DNA of 63,317 nucleotides, filler included, from Guillardia theta CCMP2712 (lineage: Eukaryota; Protista; Cryptophyta): assembly GCF_000315625.1 (NCBI RefSeq). It is 9 parts of 9 records of this genome, joined end to end, with 100 filler letters (N's around TTAATTAATTAA, not from the genome) between each part and the next. Parts side by side here need not be neighbours in the genome. Positions count along the whole stretch, not along the records: positions 31,336 to 47,370 come from NW_005434417.1; positions 47,471 to 53,350 come from NW_005434279.1; 7 more parts are not named here. One strand, written 5' to 3'. The notes beneath the pieces are model-generated. The model was given only the letters and a program-made list of their open reading frames with translations, did not search any database and was not told the origin of the DNA. This document shows positions 38,502-49,809 of the stretch, one piece after another (positions within the stretch are counted from its first letter, which is position 1; each line of letters starts with the position of its first letter). Made by a program: the position numbers and the translations under genes.

Positions 38502-39063
38502 GCCTATCAAGATCACACGCTGAGAATGTGCCCATTTGTTTTTTTCGTCACCGGGACATAAGAACCAGCTATGGCTCATTCCAAACCTCACACTCTCTCT
38601 TCTCCCCAATCTTCTCCTCTCCTCTTGCTCAACCATCCAACTAAAGTCACATCTCCAACTCCTCGCGGTCTTCTCACTCTCTCCTGCCGCCTGTCCCCTA
38701 TGTGCGACTGAATTTTTTGCTCTCAATTTCGCCCTCTTCAACTTCTACTGAGCGGAGGAAGAAGGTGGGAGCATTGGAAGAGGATCTTCGCTCGATGGCA
38801 GGAGAACAAGGAGGAGAAGCACAAGGAGGCGCCAGGGGTGGGGGAGGCGTTGTGGGGCTAGCGAGGACCAGGGGGAAGGTAGCAAAGGAGTGCAGCCATA
38901 GTTTGTTTGTTTTCACAACCTGGGGCGGGCATGGTTTTGAGGTTGTTGTGTTGGGACTGACTTGCGGGTGAAGAGACAAGGGAGGAGAGGAGGGAGAGGA
39001 GGGAGAGAGAGGAAGGAGGAGCGAGAGACGTGTAGCAAGGGAGAAACATAAGGGAATCGAACA

Positions 39064-39092
<29 letters not shown>

Positions 39093-39096
<4 letters not shown>

Positions 39097-40508
39097 CATG
39101 TTGAACATCCCTTCCTCGAAGCGAGCAGGTACGCGGTGTTTCAGATTCCAAGTCACTCAGTGAACTCTCAGCTCTGCTCTCTGCGTGCCTCCTCCTTGTG
39201 TCCCTGGCAACCTTGGCAGGTTCGTCGCATCGTATGACGTCCAAGCATCAAGTGACCATTGCGCAGTCATAACGCGGGAGAAGACCTTTAGCTGGCGAGG
39301 GCAGAGCCTTGAGTCTATTCCTCCAAGCATCGCTTACTTGCCCAATGGCGCCTTTCCTGTGACTCCCGTGGAGAATGCAGCAGCGTCAATGCCTCGGGTG
39401 GTCTATCAGGCCAATGGGCAGCTGCCTGAGCCGCGCACAAACCCGACGCAAGGCATGGTCAGGCTTCCCTACAAGCACAACGGCCAGGTCGATCTTCGTG
39501 GGGACTCGTTTGCCCCTTCCTGTAGCTGATTCTACTGGTTCAGTTCCCTGAAGCAGCGAAGCCAAACCCTGCTGAGGATCTCATACCTTTGAATTACCGT
39601 CAGAATGGACAGGTGAATCTCCTCGGACACGCTCTGCTCTAAAAGCAGGCAGTTCCCTGAAGCTCGTCCTCCAAACCCAGCTGATGGGTTGGTTCCGATG
39701 CAGTACGGGGACAACGGTCAGGTAAGTCAAGAGTGCTACTCTCGCGCTGCTCTCTGACTTGGCTCTTACACCATACCGCAGTTTCCTGAAGCAAGGCGGC
39801 ACAGCCTGCCAAGCGACATCCATCCAGTCAGTTACATGAGCAATGGACAGGTGCGTGTGGTAGCTGTCACTTGTGAGAACTTATCGCTCTGTTCATGTTT
39901 GGTGGTGAGCAGTTTCCTGAAGAAAGGAGACAAAATCCTGCTGACGAGATGGTTCCGCTCTATTATCGTGACAATGGACAGGTAGCTGTGTTATCTATCA
40001 TACTTCATCTTTAACAGTGTATGTGGTCGCCTTTTCTGTGCAGTTTCCCGAGCCGAGCGACCGCGATTCTGCAGGAATCTTAAAGCCTCTGTCTTACCAA
40101 GCGAATGGGCAGGTATGTAATATGATGTTGCTTGACGCGAGTGCTGCGTTGACTGCCCTGACGTCTGTGGTCTTGTAGTTCCCTGATACGGACCAACCCG
40201 GTGAGCTCGAGCTAAATCCCATCTTCTACCTCGACAACGGGCAGGTACTGCTGTCGTACTTCGACTGAGTATCATGACTTTTATGTGTTTGTTAGTTTCC
40301 AGAGACACGGGGATCTATGGCCTTGAAGTCAAGAATCCTTGGCGGCTTTAAGGTTGCCTGTGCTAGAACCTCAAGTCAGCGATTGACTGCAGCGTCTCAG
40401 CATGTAGCAGCAGCTCGTGTTGGCCAGCGCCCCTACTTGAGGGGACCTGCCCTTGTGCGAAGAGGCTTGGCAAATGTTGTGTGGATGCCTATTCAAGTCG
40501 ATCACTAG
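39093..40508 (+). CDS. Unknown repeat protein with ~23-aa FPE-x(n)-P-x-x-Y-x-x-NGQ repeats, one repeat per exon
   Basis: Phase-0 exons 39544-39612, 39653-39721, 39782-39850, 39913-39981, 40044-40112 (69 nt each) and 40179-40244 (66 nt), separated by 40-66 nt GT-AG introns. Gene ends uncertain. Confidence 0.8.
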
Positions 40509-40855
40509 TACGAAAGTTAGCTACAGAGGGTCGCGGAAGGGGGCTGCTGTCCGGAGGGCCGCGTGCGGCAACGTCGGTGTGTTCCTTTGGCAGTTAGATC
40601 AGTGCGTTATTGTGCCGTTTTAAACAACCGGGCCAAGTGCGTGGGTGAATGTCCTTACTTACTAGCTCTGCTTGCTGGCATGCACGAGCAGAAGCGGGCT
40701 GGGCCTGCTGCTGCTGCTGGTCGGATGCCGGGATTCGATCATGCCTGCCCACACTCCGAGGCCGGGTCGGGCCCCGGCATTCTGGTCGCCCCGGCGGCCC
40801 GACTGGAAGCTCCGTCAAGAGTCACTGAGGTCATGCGGCGGCCACCTGAAGCTTC

Positions 40856-40905
40856 CTTTACTCAAAGTTAAGTTAAAAATCAGTACGAGGACAATCAGGA
40901 GAGTC
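40856..40905 (+). repeat. Dispersed ~50-bp element (core AAGTTAAAAATCAGT), copy upstream of the 41011 gene
   Basis: 40856-40886 is the exact reverse complement of 57990-58020. Similarity extends a further ~20 nt. Confidence 0.8.
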
Positions 40906-41010
40906 GAGGTCATCAGTTTCGAGGAGGTGTGAAGTTTTGAAATTTGATTCTGAGATTTGAATATAGACCCGCGTATTTCGATTTCTCGCCTTTAGTGCCT
41001 TAGTCAAAAA

Positions 41011-44000
41011 ATGGCGGGAAGATGCCGAGTGTGTGGGAGAAGAAGCGAGGAGGAGGTCTGTGAGGCTTGTGCGGAGCTTGACTGCTCTTCTCCTCTCCTT
41101 GTCTTCTCCTGCTCCCAATGCGGAAGTGAGAACCAGATCGTTGAGAGCGACCAGCTGCTCTGCGAGGTTTGCGGCCACTGCGACGAGCACGTGAAAGGAG
41201 CTGAGACGCGGAGAGGAGTGAAGGATGAGCAGCTTTCGATCGGAGCTTCAGACTCCGGCACTATCGATTCATTCTTCTGTTCTACTTGTTCCGCCTTCAA
41301 TCAAAATGTCCTCATTTCCCAGCAAGGTGCTTGCTGCGAGGTGTGCGGGTCGCGGGAAGCCAACCCTCGTTCAACCCTGAGGGTGGCAAGGAAGCTGATT
41401 CAACCACCTGTCAGCTCTCTTGGAGATATTCCGGAGGAGCCGCAGGTGCTTGATCGTTTCTTTCCCAAGCAACCAAAGCATGATAATGAGCCTAAAAGTA
41501 CCCTATCAAAGCTCAGATTGGAGCAAACGATGCCAGCTGCAATAGCTTTTGATACAACCAACACAGTATCATCATCTATTTCTGATCTGCTGCAAGAAAA
41601 TGCACAATTGAAACAGAACATCATTGAACTGCAGAACAGCTTGTCATTTTCGGAGGAAAAATTGAAATCAATTGGAATTGACCTTCATCACGTAAAGCTT
41701 TCCCTGGACAGGGTTGAGAAAGAAAACTCGAATTACACATCATTTCATGCCAACATCGCCAAACTACTGCTAATACCCAGCAACGAACCAAAAGATATAA
41801 TCCATGTGAAAATAATCGAGAAACTGAACCAGCTTCTGACAGACCAAAAAATGATGCAAACAAACAAAAGGAACATGAACGATAATGACATCAACATTAG
41901 CAAAAACAAATCCGAGCAACAATCCAAACAGAACAATGCACAGGAGCTGCGAGAGGCAGAGAAGGAGAGGGAGGAGCTGAGGGCGAGGGCGGCAGAGGCG
42001 GCGAGCGGCTCAGAGGCGGAGGTGTCGGGGCTACGGGCGAGGCTTGCAGAGGCCGAGGGAGAGCGGGAGAGGGCGCTGGAGGCGCAGAGGAAGGAGGAGG
42101 CGAGGGCGGCCAAGGCGGAGAGGGATCTGGAGGGCGAGCGCAAGGCAGGGGCGGAGGCGTACGAGGCGTACGAGGCGCTTGCACAGGAGCTGCGAGAGGC
42201 AGAGAAGGAGAGGGAGGAGCTGAGGGCGAGGGCGGCAGAGGCGGCGAGCGGCTCAGAGGCGGAGGTGTCGGGGCTACGGGCGAGGCTTGCAGAGGCCGAG
42301 GGAGAGCGGGAGAGGGCGCTGGAGGCGCAGAGGAAGGAGGAGGCGAGGGCGGCCAAGGCGGAGAGGGATCTGGAGGGGGAGCGCAAGGCAGGGGCGGAGG
42401 CGTACGAGGCGTACGAGGCGCTTGCACAGGAGCTGCGGGAGGCAGAGAAGGAGAGGGAGGAGCTGAGGGCGAGGGCGGCAGAGGCGGCGAGCGGCTCAGA
42501 GGCGGAGGTGTCGGGGCTACGGGCGAGGCTTGCAGAGGCCGAGGGAGAGCGGGAGAGGGCGCTGGAGGCGCAGAGGAAGGAGGAGGCGAGGGCGGCCAAG
42601 GCGGAGAGGGATCTGGAGGGGGAGCGCAAGGCAGGGGCGGAGGCGTACGAGGCGTACGAGGCGCTTGCACAGGAGCTGCGGGAGGCAGAGAAGGAGAGGG
42701 AGGAGCTGAGGGCGAGGGCGGCAGAGGCGGCGAGCGGCCTCAGAGGCGGAGGTGTCGGGGCTACGGGCGAGGCTTGCAGAGGCCGAGGGAGAGCGGGAGA
42801 GGGCGCTGGAGGCGCAGAGGAAGGAGGAGGCGAGGGCGGCCAAGGCGGAGAGGGATCTGGAGGGGGAGCGCAAGGCAGGGGCGGAGGCGTACGAGGCGTA
42901 CGAGGCGCTTGCACAGGAGCTGCGAGAGGCAGAGAAGGAGAGGGAGGAGCTGAGGGCGAGGGCGGCAGAGGCGGCGAGCGGCTCAGAGGCGGAGGTGTCG
43001 GGGCTACGGGCGAGGCTTGCAGAGGCCGAGGGAGAGCGGGAGAGGGCGCTGGAGGCGCAGAGGAAGGAGGAGGCGAGGGCGGCCAAGGCGGAGAGGGATC
43101 TGGAGGGGGAGCGCAAGGCAGGGGCGGAGGCGTACGAGGCGTACGAGGCGCTTGCACAGGAGCTGCGAGAGGCAGAGAAGGAGAGGGAGGAGCTGAGGGC
43201 GAGGGCGGCAGAGGCGGCGAGCGGCTCAGAGGCGGAGGTGTCGGGGCTACGGGCGAGGCTTGCAGAGGCCGAGGGAGAGCGGGAGAGGGCGCTGGAGGCG
43301 CAGAGGAAGGAGGAGGCGAGGGCGGCCAAGGCGGAGAGGGATCTGGAGGGGGAGCGCAAGGCAGGGGCGGAGGCGTACGAGATTTGCAGTGATTTTGACG
43401 ACCTTCAGAACAATGTTGGGAGTTTTGAGTCTGAGGTTGTTTACCTCAGGTCCCGATTGCGTCAGATTGAACGTCTTCTTGATGGCCTTCCATGTGACTA
43501 TGTTTCACTTGTTGAAGACACTGAATGTTTGAGAGAAGATCTTCAAAGGCGAAAGGATGTGTTTGTCAAAGAATTTCAGGAATTCACAAGAGAGAAGGAG
43601 AGTTGGGAGATCGAGAAAGCGGAGCTGATGACAAGTTATCTTTCCATTCAACGATGCCCCTCTCATTGTGTAATTGTATCGCGAGAAGTTCTTGACCAAG
43701 TAGACATGCTCACTGACCAAGTTTCAGAGATCACAAGCGACATTTATTCGTTTAAACACAAGTGCATAGCAAGATTGTCTGCTATCAGCAGAACTTCGAA
43801 GGATTCGTACAACTATCAAGCAGGGATGATTCAGGAAATTCCAAACGTTGTTGAGGAACTCAATGCCAGCTCTTTCTCTGTGGTTCTTTCCGACGCTCAT
43901 TCCAAGTTAACGACTGCGTTTTCTGGGTCCACGCAGACTGAGGGAATCGACCCGAGTACCTTATCGCCAGGTACGCAACCAGTAACGAACAAGCTTCGCC

Positions 44001-44662
44001 TCGCAGCCTCCTCACCATGTCAACGATCAGCAGCAGAAGAGTTCGAGGCGACATTGTCATCCATGCGTGAAGGCAGCCCAACATCGCTCAAGTTCGTCGA
44101 GGAGGCGCTTCGCGAGTATCCGCGGGTGGTTCTCGACGCTTCTCATGACGAGAAACTTGTGAAGGAGGAAGTGACGGCTGGCCCGCCACCTTCAGCCTTC
44201 AAGGCTTGGAGTCTCTTCCTCTTGGCGTTCCTTGCTTGTCTTGCCGTCGGGTGTCTTTTCACCCCGTGGCCTCATCAGCTGAGCTCCTTCAGCTCTTGCC
44301 TGGTGCAGCTGACACCCTCGAGCGCTCCTGCTCCTCCCAGCCCTTCACAGGACCGCGTGGAGCCCAGGGCGTGCGACCGACTAGTCGGCAAGGCGGAGCA
44401 AAACCTTGCCGAATGCCTCGAGCGAGAGCACAAGAGTCGAGTGATGCTGAAGCAGTTGCAAGTCAACTCGACCCAGTTGCATGAAGCCCTCCACTCATGT
44501 CGAACAGAACAGGCGATGGTGAAGGCGGCAGATGTTTGTCAAGATTCACGTCATCTGCTTTCAATTGCAGCCGCTGATGCCAAGGAGATCAAAAATGAAC
44601 AAGTGAAGCAGGTAAGGAACAAATTGACACGTCAACTCGCGATCTGGTCCAGATTTATGTGA
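41011..44662 (+). CDS. Large coiled-coil protein: N-terminal CxxC zinc ribbons, six 81-aa tandem repeats, C-proximal transmembrane helix (1-nt frameshift near 42738)
   Basis: CRVC/CEAC/CSQC/CEVC/CSTC/CEVC; E/A/R-rich heptads; [20 protein letters not shown]. The two ORFs join if the extra C in GGCCTCAG is removed. Confidence 0.8.
41938..43381 (+). repeat. Coding 243-bp tandem repeat x6
   Basis: GCACAGGAGCTGCG recurs at 41938, 42181, 42424, 42667, 42911 and 43154. Copies are nearly identical. Confidence 0.96.
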
Positions 44663-44889
44663 TCTAACAAGAAGCTAAACCCACAATTCGCATCTCTTCC
44701 TCTTCCCCTCTTCTCTTCAACATCATCAAAGTTGCATCTTGCCAAGCAACGCCATGCTGACATCTTTCTGAAACGCTCCAGTCTGCTCGACCATGACGTC
44801 GCACGTGTTCCTTTTGTCACTCATGAGTTGGTAATGAGAGGCGGAGGGAGAAGGAAAGAAGAAGGGGAGGGGAAGAGGAGTTTCAAGTC

Positions 44890-46684
44890 TTACGCTCGTT
44901 GGTTGACGTTCTTCACGATACCAAACTTGAGGCTCCCGTCTGACCTCGGCACAACGCACATCTCGCCAATCTGCCGCACAAGGTCACGACCGTCTCTCGT
45001 CTCCCCAGGCTCAACACCTGGAAGAAGCCTCCTCCCATCACGAACTGAGCGCCTTCGCTCCACTGTGACCGCAGGTGAGTCTGAGCATCTCAACCTTCCC
45101 CTCACCTGTCGCGGGATGTTGTCTCCTACTGTGAACTTGGACGCTGCCATTCTCGCCTCCCACTCGGGTCCGAGCCGCTGCAGACACTCGCGAGCTGAGG
45201 GTCTCGCCTTGGCGTTGGCCTGCAGCATGTCGGACAGAAGAGAGAGAAGGTCGGGAGTGTTCAGGAGCGCCTTGCACTCCGCGTTGAGGCCCTGCTGGTC
45301 GAAGGATGCACTCTTAGAGTTGGCCCGGTTCTCGCACCACGCGCGGAGGTCGTAGTTGAAAGACGGGATCTCCCGCGTGGTCACCAGCCCGAGCGTTTGG
45401 ATTCCTTTCTCTCCTGCCACCAGCGAGGGCATCAGAACTCTCAGAGCCGTGATGCCGACGGTGTAGATGTCGTACGACTCCGGCTTGAAGAAGTCTGGGT
45501 CTGGTGCTTCTGGCGGCGCATAGATCTCAGTGTAGTCATCCATGAAAGGCTTCTTGCCCTTCTCTACCGCAGACCCGAAGTCGATGATACGGAAGGGAGA
45601 GAGCTTGTCGTTCTCGACCAGCATGATGTTGCGCGGCTTGAGGTCTCGATGGATGATCCCCTTGTCATGCAACACGGCAAGAGGCAGCAGCGACTCGCCG
45701 AGAACTTTCTTGCAGAGGTTGATCTTGAGGTACACCACAGCTCCGCTCTTGAGCTTCACTGGCTGCGTGTCTCGCACGTCGAGGGTGCTGGCGAGGATGG
45801 GTGACATGCCGCCGCCTCGGTCGAAGAACGTGTCTAGAGTCTTGCCTTGCACCTGCGACCACACGAGCCCCTGCTTCGACCCGATCCCAGGCGGCAGCTG
45901 CCGTTCGATGGGCGTCAGATCGACTGTGCCCAGGAAATCGGCGACGCCGGGGATGCCCCCGAAGGAGGCGATCTTCTTGTTGATGAGAGTCTCTCCCTGA
46001 AAGGCCCGGATGGAGTCGGGGTCAGTGTTGGGCAGCTTGACCACCACCTTGATGTCCTTCCTCGCCGCGTCTGGGTTTGTCCGAGTGTCGTAGGTCCCGA
46101 TGAACACATACCCGAAGCCTCCTCGCTGCATGTTCGATCCCCCGCCTGCTCGCCACGTCACCGTCAGCCGCTGCGCATCGAGGGTGCCGGCAGCCATCTG
46201 CTGCTCGTTGGCACGTGACGCATCTGACTTGGCCTTGTTCTGCATCCAGAGCGGGAGGCCAAAGGTGGGCCGGTCGATGGTTTCTGTCATGGAAGGCTTG
46301 GGCTTGGTGAGGGTCGGCTGGGGTTTGGGAGCGTATCTGGCCTGATACTCTTCCTCCCATATCGTCTCTTGAGTCGCCGTGTTGAAGTAGTACTTGTCGC
46401 CCGTCGCCTGTGCTCCATCGTCACCTCTGGCGTTGACAGGCAGGAAGACGCACCGGGTCCTGGTACTGCTCCCACGTTCCGTCTTGACGCTACAAGGGCA
46501 GCATGTGAGCAACGCGTAGAGGAGGAGGAGGAGGAGGAGGAGGAGGAGGAGGAGGAGGAGGAGAAGGAGGCGGAAGGGGGGGGGGTACGGGGTGAAGACT
46601 CACCGAGGTGGGACGAAAGTCTCTCTTCATCCAGAAGGGATCATCCTCATCCTCGTCTTTCTTGAACATGTCGAAGAGGCCCAT
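44890..46684 (-). CDS. Ser/Thr protein kinase, STN7/Stt7-like, with an N-terminal WW domain
   Basis: WW-like TGDKYYFNTATQETIWE; GGFGYVF, VVVKLP, HRDLKPRN, IIDFG, YAPPE; STN7-like YDIYTVG...MPSL...YDLRAW. Gene ends uncertain. Confidence 0.8.
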
Positions 46685-47007
46685 CGACACGGCGACTGGC
46701 TTGCGACACTGACAGCAACGGTGATTTAATGACAAAGAAGAAAAGGATGTGATGAATGCTGTGATGACTCTGATGTTGAAAATGGCAATCGCGAGTAAGA
46801 TGATGATGATGATGGTACGGAGAAAGTTGTGGTTGTGGTGATAGAAATGGTGATTATGATTGTCATCAAGATGATGACAACGATCGTAATGATGATGTTA
46901 ATGGTAGCTGTTTAAGCTGCTATTGAGAATTGAATGATAACGATGATGACGATAGTGATCACTATTTTGACAACGATGATCAAGACAACTTTGATGGTGG
47001 TGGTGGT

Positions 47008-47370
47008 GATGGATCTAGTTTAGATGATGGTGATGGTGATGGTGATGGATCTAGCTTAGATGATGGTGATGGTGGTGGTGATGGATCTAGCTTAGATGAT
47101 GATGGTGGTGGTGATGGTGATGGATCTAGCTTAGATAATGATGATGGTGGTGATGGATCTAGCTTAGATGATGGTGATGGTGATGGATCTAGCTTAGATG
47201 ATGATGATGATGATGGTGATGGTGATGGATCTAGCTTAGATGATGGTGATGGTGATGGATCTAGCTTAGATGATGATGGTGGTGGTGATGGATCTAGCTT
47301 AGATGATGATGGTGGTGGTGATGGATCTAGCTTAGATGATGGTGATGGTGATGGTGATGGATCTAGCTTA
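47008..47370. repeat. Minisatellite with core GATGGATCTAGCTTAGATGAT x~11 and variable GAT/GGT linkers
   Basis: Direct reading. Confidence 0.9.
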
Positions 47371-48023
47371 NNNNNNNNNNNNNNNNNNNNNNNNNNNNNN
47401 NNNNNNNNNNNNNNTTAATTAATTAANNNNNNNNNNNNNNNNNNNNNNNNNNNNNNNNNNNNNNNNNNNNGGAGAAGGAGAAGGAGAAGGAGAAGAAGAA
47501 GAAGGAGAAGGAGGAGAAGAGAAGAAGACGAGAAGGAGAAGGAGAAGGAGAAGGAGAAGGAGAAAGAAGACGAGAAGGAGAAGGAGAAGGAGAAGGAGAA
47601 AGAAGACGAGAAGGAGAAGGAGAAGGAGAAAGAAGATGAGGAGAAGGAGAAGGAAAAGGAAGATAAGGAGAAGAAGATGAGGAGAAGGAGAAGGAGAAGG
47701 ACGACAAGGAGAAGGAAAAGAAGATAAGGAGAAAGAAGACAAGGAGAAGGAGAAGGAGAAGGAAGATGAAGAGAAGGACGACAAGGAGAAGGAGAAGGAA
47801 GACAAAGAAAAAGAGGACGAAGACAAAGAAAAGGAGAAGGAAGACAAGGAGAAGGAGAACGAAGACAAGGAGAAGGAGAAAGACGACGAAAACAAGGTTA
47901 AGGAGGACAAGAATGACGAAGAGAAAGACAACACACAGCTGGTATCCTTTCCCTCCCTCCCTCCCTCCCTCCCTCCCTCCGTGATCCCACCCATCCTCTA
48001 CTGTACCACTGACTATTCTGTAG

Positions 48024-48801
48024 CAATCACATCCTGACTGCAGCCCCTGCCCTTCGGGTGAGTATGAGAAGGAACCTTGTACAGCAGAGAAGAGCCGTGT
48101 CTGCAGCCCCTGCTCGTCGTGCCCCTCCGACCACTACCAGACCGAAGCATGCTCGGCTACGGCAGACACCTCCTGCTCCCCTTGCTCCACCTGCGGGCCC
48201 AACTCTTACGCCAAGTCCTCCTGCACCACCTCCAGCGACACTGACTGCGAGGCCTGCAGCGACCTGACTTGCCCGGCGGGACAGGAGAGGTGAAGAGGAG
48301 GCAGGACCGTCCTCCCCCGCGTCTCACATTCTGACAGGAAAGGATGTGGCAACGGTGCTGAAGGAACTTGTGAAGCCACGCCAAGCCCACCACCACCTCC
48401 CCCCCCTCCTCCTCCCTCCGCCTCATCGCCTTCCTCCCCTGTCTCCCCCTCATCGGGCAATGTGGAGCGAGCGGTGGATCTACGGGTAGCAAGGGACCAG
48501 TACCTCAAGGCCGCCAATGAGGTCAAGATGGACACCGGGCCCTTCAAGGCTGCTAAGGATGCATACGTTGCTGCTGCTTCCTCCTACACAAGGTAATCTC
48601 CTTCCTCCCTCCTCTCTCCTGCTTTTCTCCCTTTCCGTGTATCCTTCCTGAACTTCTGCTTCCTGCCTCCCTCCCCCATTGTTGACTCGTTTGTTCAGGT
48701 GGTTGTTCGGAGGAGGCGGAGGAGGCGCTGGAAGGAACTTGACCAAGATGTCTAACAACCTGTATGCCGAAGCCAAGACCACAAGGAGAGGAAGGAAGTA
48801 A
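48024..48801 (+). CDS. Cys-rich TNFR/NGFR-like repeat protein, 3' exons
   Basis: CSPCPSGEYEKEPCTAEKSRVCSPCSSCPSDHYQTEACSATADTSCSPCSTC...CTTSSDTDCEAC, then a Pro-rich linker and short tail across two GT-AG introns. Not in the ORF track. Confidence 0.75.
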
Positions 48802-49809
48802 ACCCAGATGATGTGAGAACAACGAGAGATGTTGTGCAAAGATATGAGGCACAGCATTCCAACCACAAGAGATTCTGCTCATCTGGCATCTATGAGGTTA
48901 ATCGTGACAATAAATATAATAGTTTGCGATTCTCGTCCTATACTCTCATCTTTTACATCCGTGCTCCAGCAAACCACAGGCTTGGTTATCTACATGATGG
49001 CTTTATATACAACAAACATGAAGTAACTCATCATAGGGGACAGCCAGGCCCTACACTGAAACAGGAGTCGTCCTCCCATCCCGCTTCTTGCATACATATT
49101 CTGCGCTTTTTGTCATATACAACTTTCTGCATAACCGTGCTGTTGTGCTTGATGTAAGAAGAGATGGTATCAAGCTTTGCAAGTTGGCTCTTGAGGCTGT
49201 CACTCGAGTCGCTGGAGGAGAAGTTCACACTGCGCTCAGTCTCCTCCTCCGCTGCCTCGATCTCGAACCTCACGCAAACAGTAGCGTGATTCGAGCTGTA
49301 CGAATCGAGAGAAACCGCCGGCTCGCTGTCTTCTGTCGGCATGCAGGGCAACTCTAGAACATGTGATGAGGCTCCACTCCCTACAGTCCACGCAGCATCG
49401 GTATCCTGCTGCGCCCAACTCCAGGTTCTTTTCCTGTTGGTAGTTTGACTTTCGATGATGTACATCAAAAGTCCGCAGAAATCAAGATTCTGCGATGAGA
49501 GGATTGGATCTGTTTCACAAACGACGGACTCTCAACTAGTCCTCTCGGTCAATGTCGTTTGAATGAGCCTGTGCTTTCGTTCGAGAACTTGAATGGGAGA
49601 CTGAAGGAGGGCAGGATCGAGAAGAGCGAAGGTTGAACTCAATTGCAGCAAAGGAGGTGACTACAAGATACAAGGAGGACTCCGAGCTAGAGGGAAGCGC
49701 AAGAAGCAAGTAGCAGGAGGAAGGAAAGACGCAGGAGGAAGGAGGAAGGAAGAGGGAGGAACAATGGGGAGGAGGAGAGCAGGGGCAGGTTAACCAAGGA
49801 GGAGGAGAT

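Noticed and set aside
41745-43392. Pro-rich antisense ORFs and the Gly-rich tail of the 793-aa ORF
   Set aside because: Produced by the 243-bp repeat and the 1-nt frameshift.
47008-47370. Repeat-spacer pattern resembling CRISPR
   Set aside because: The spacers are only GAT/GGT triplets, not unique sequence.
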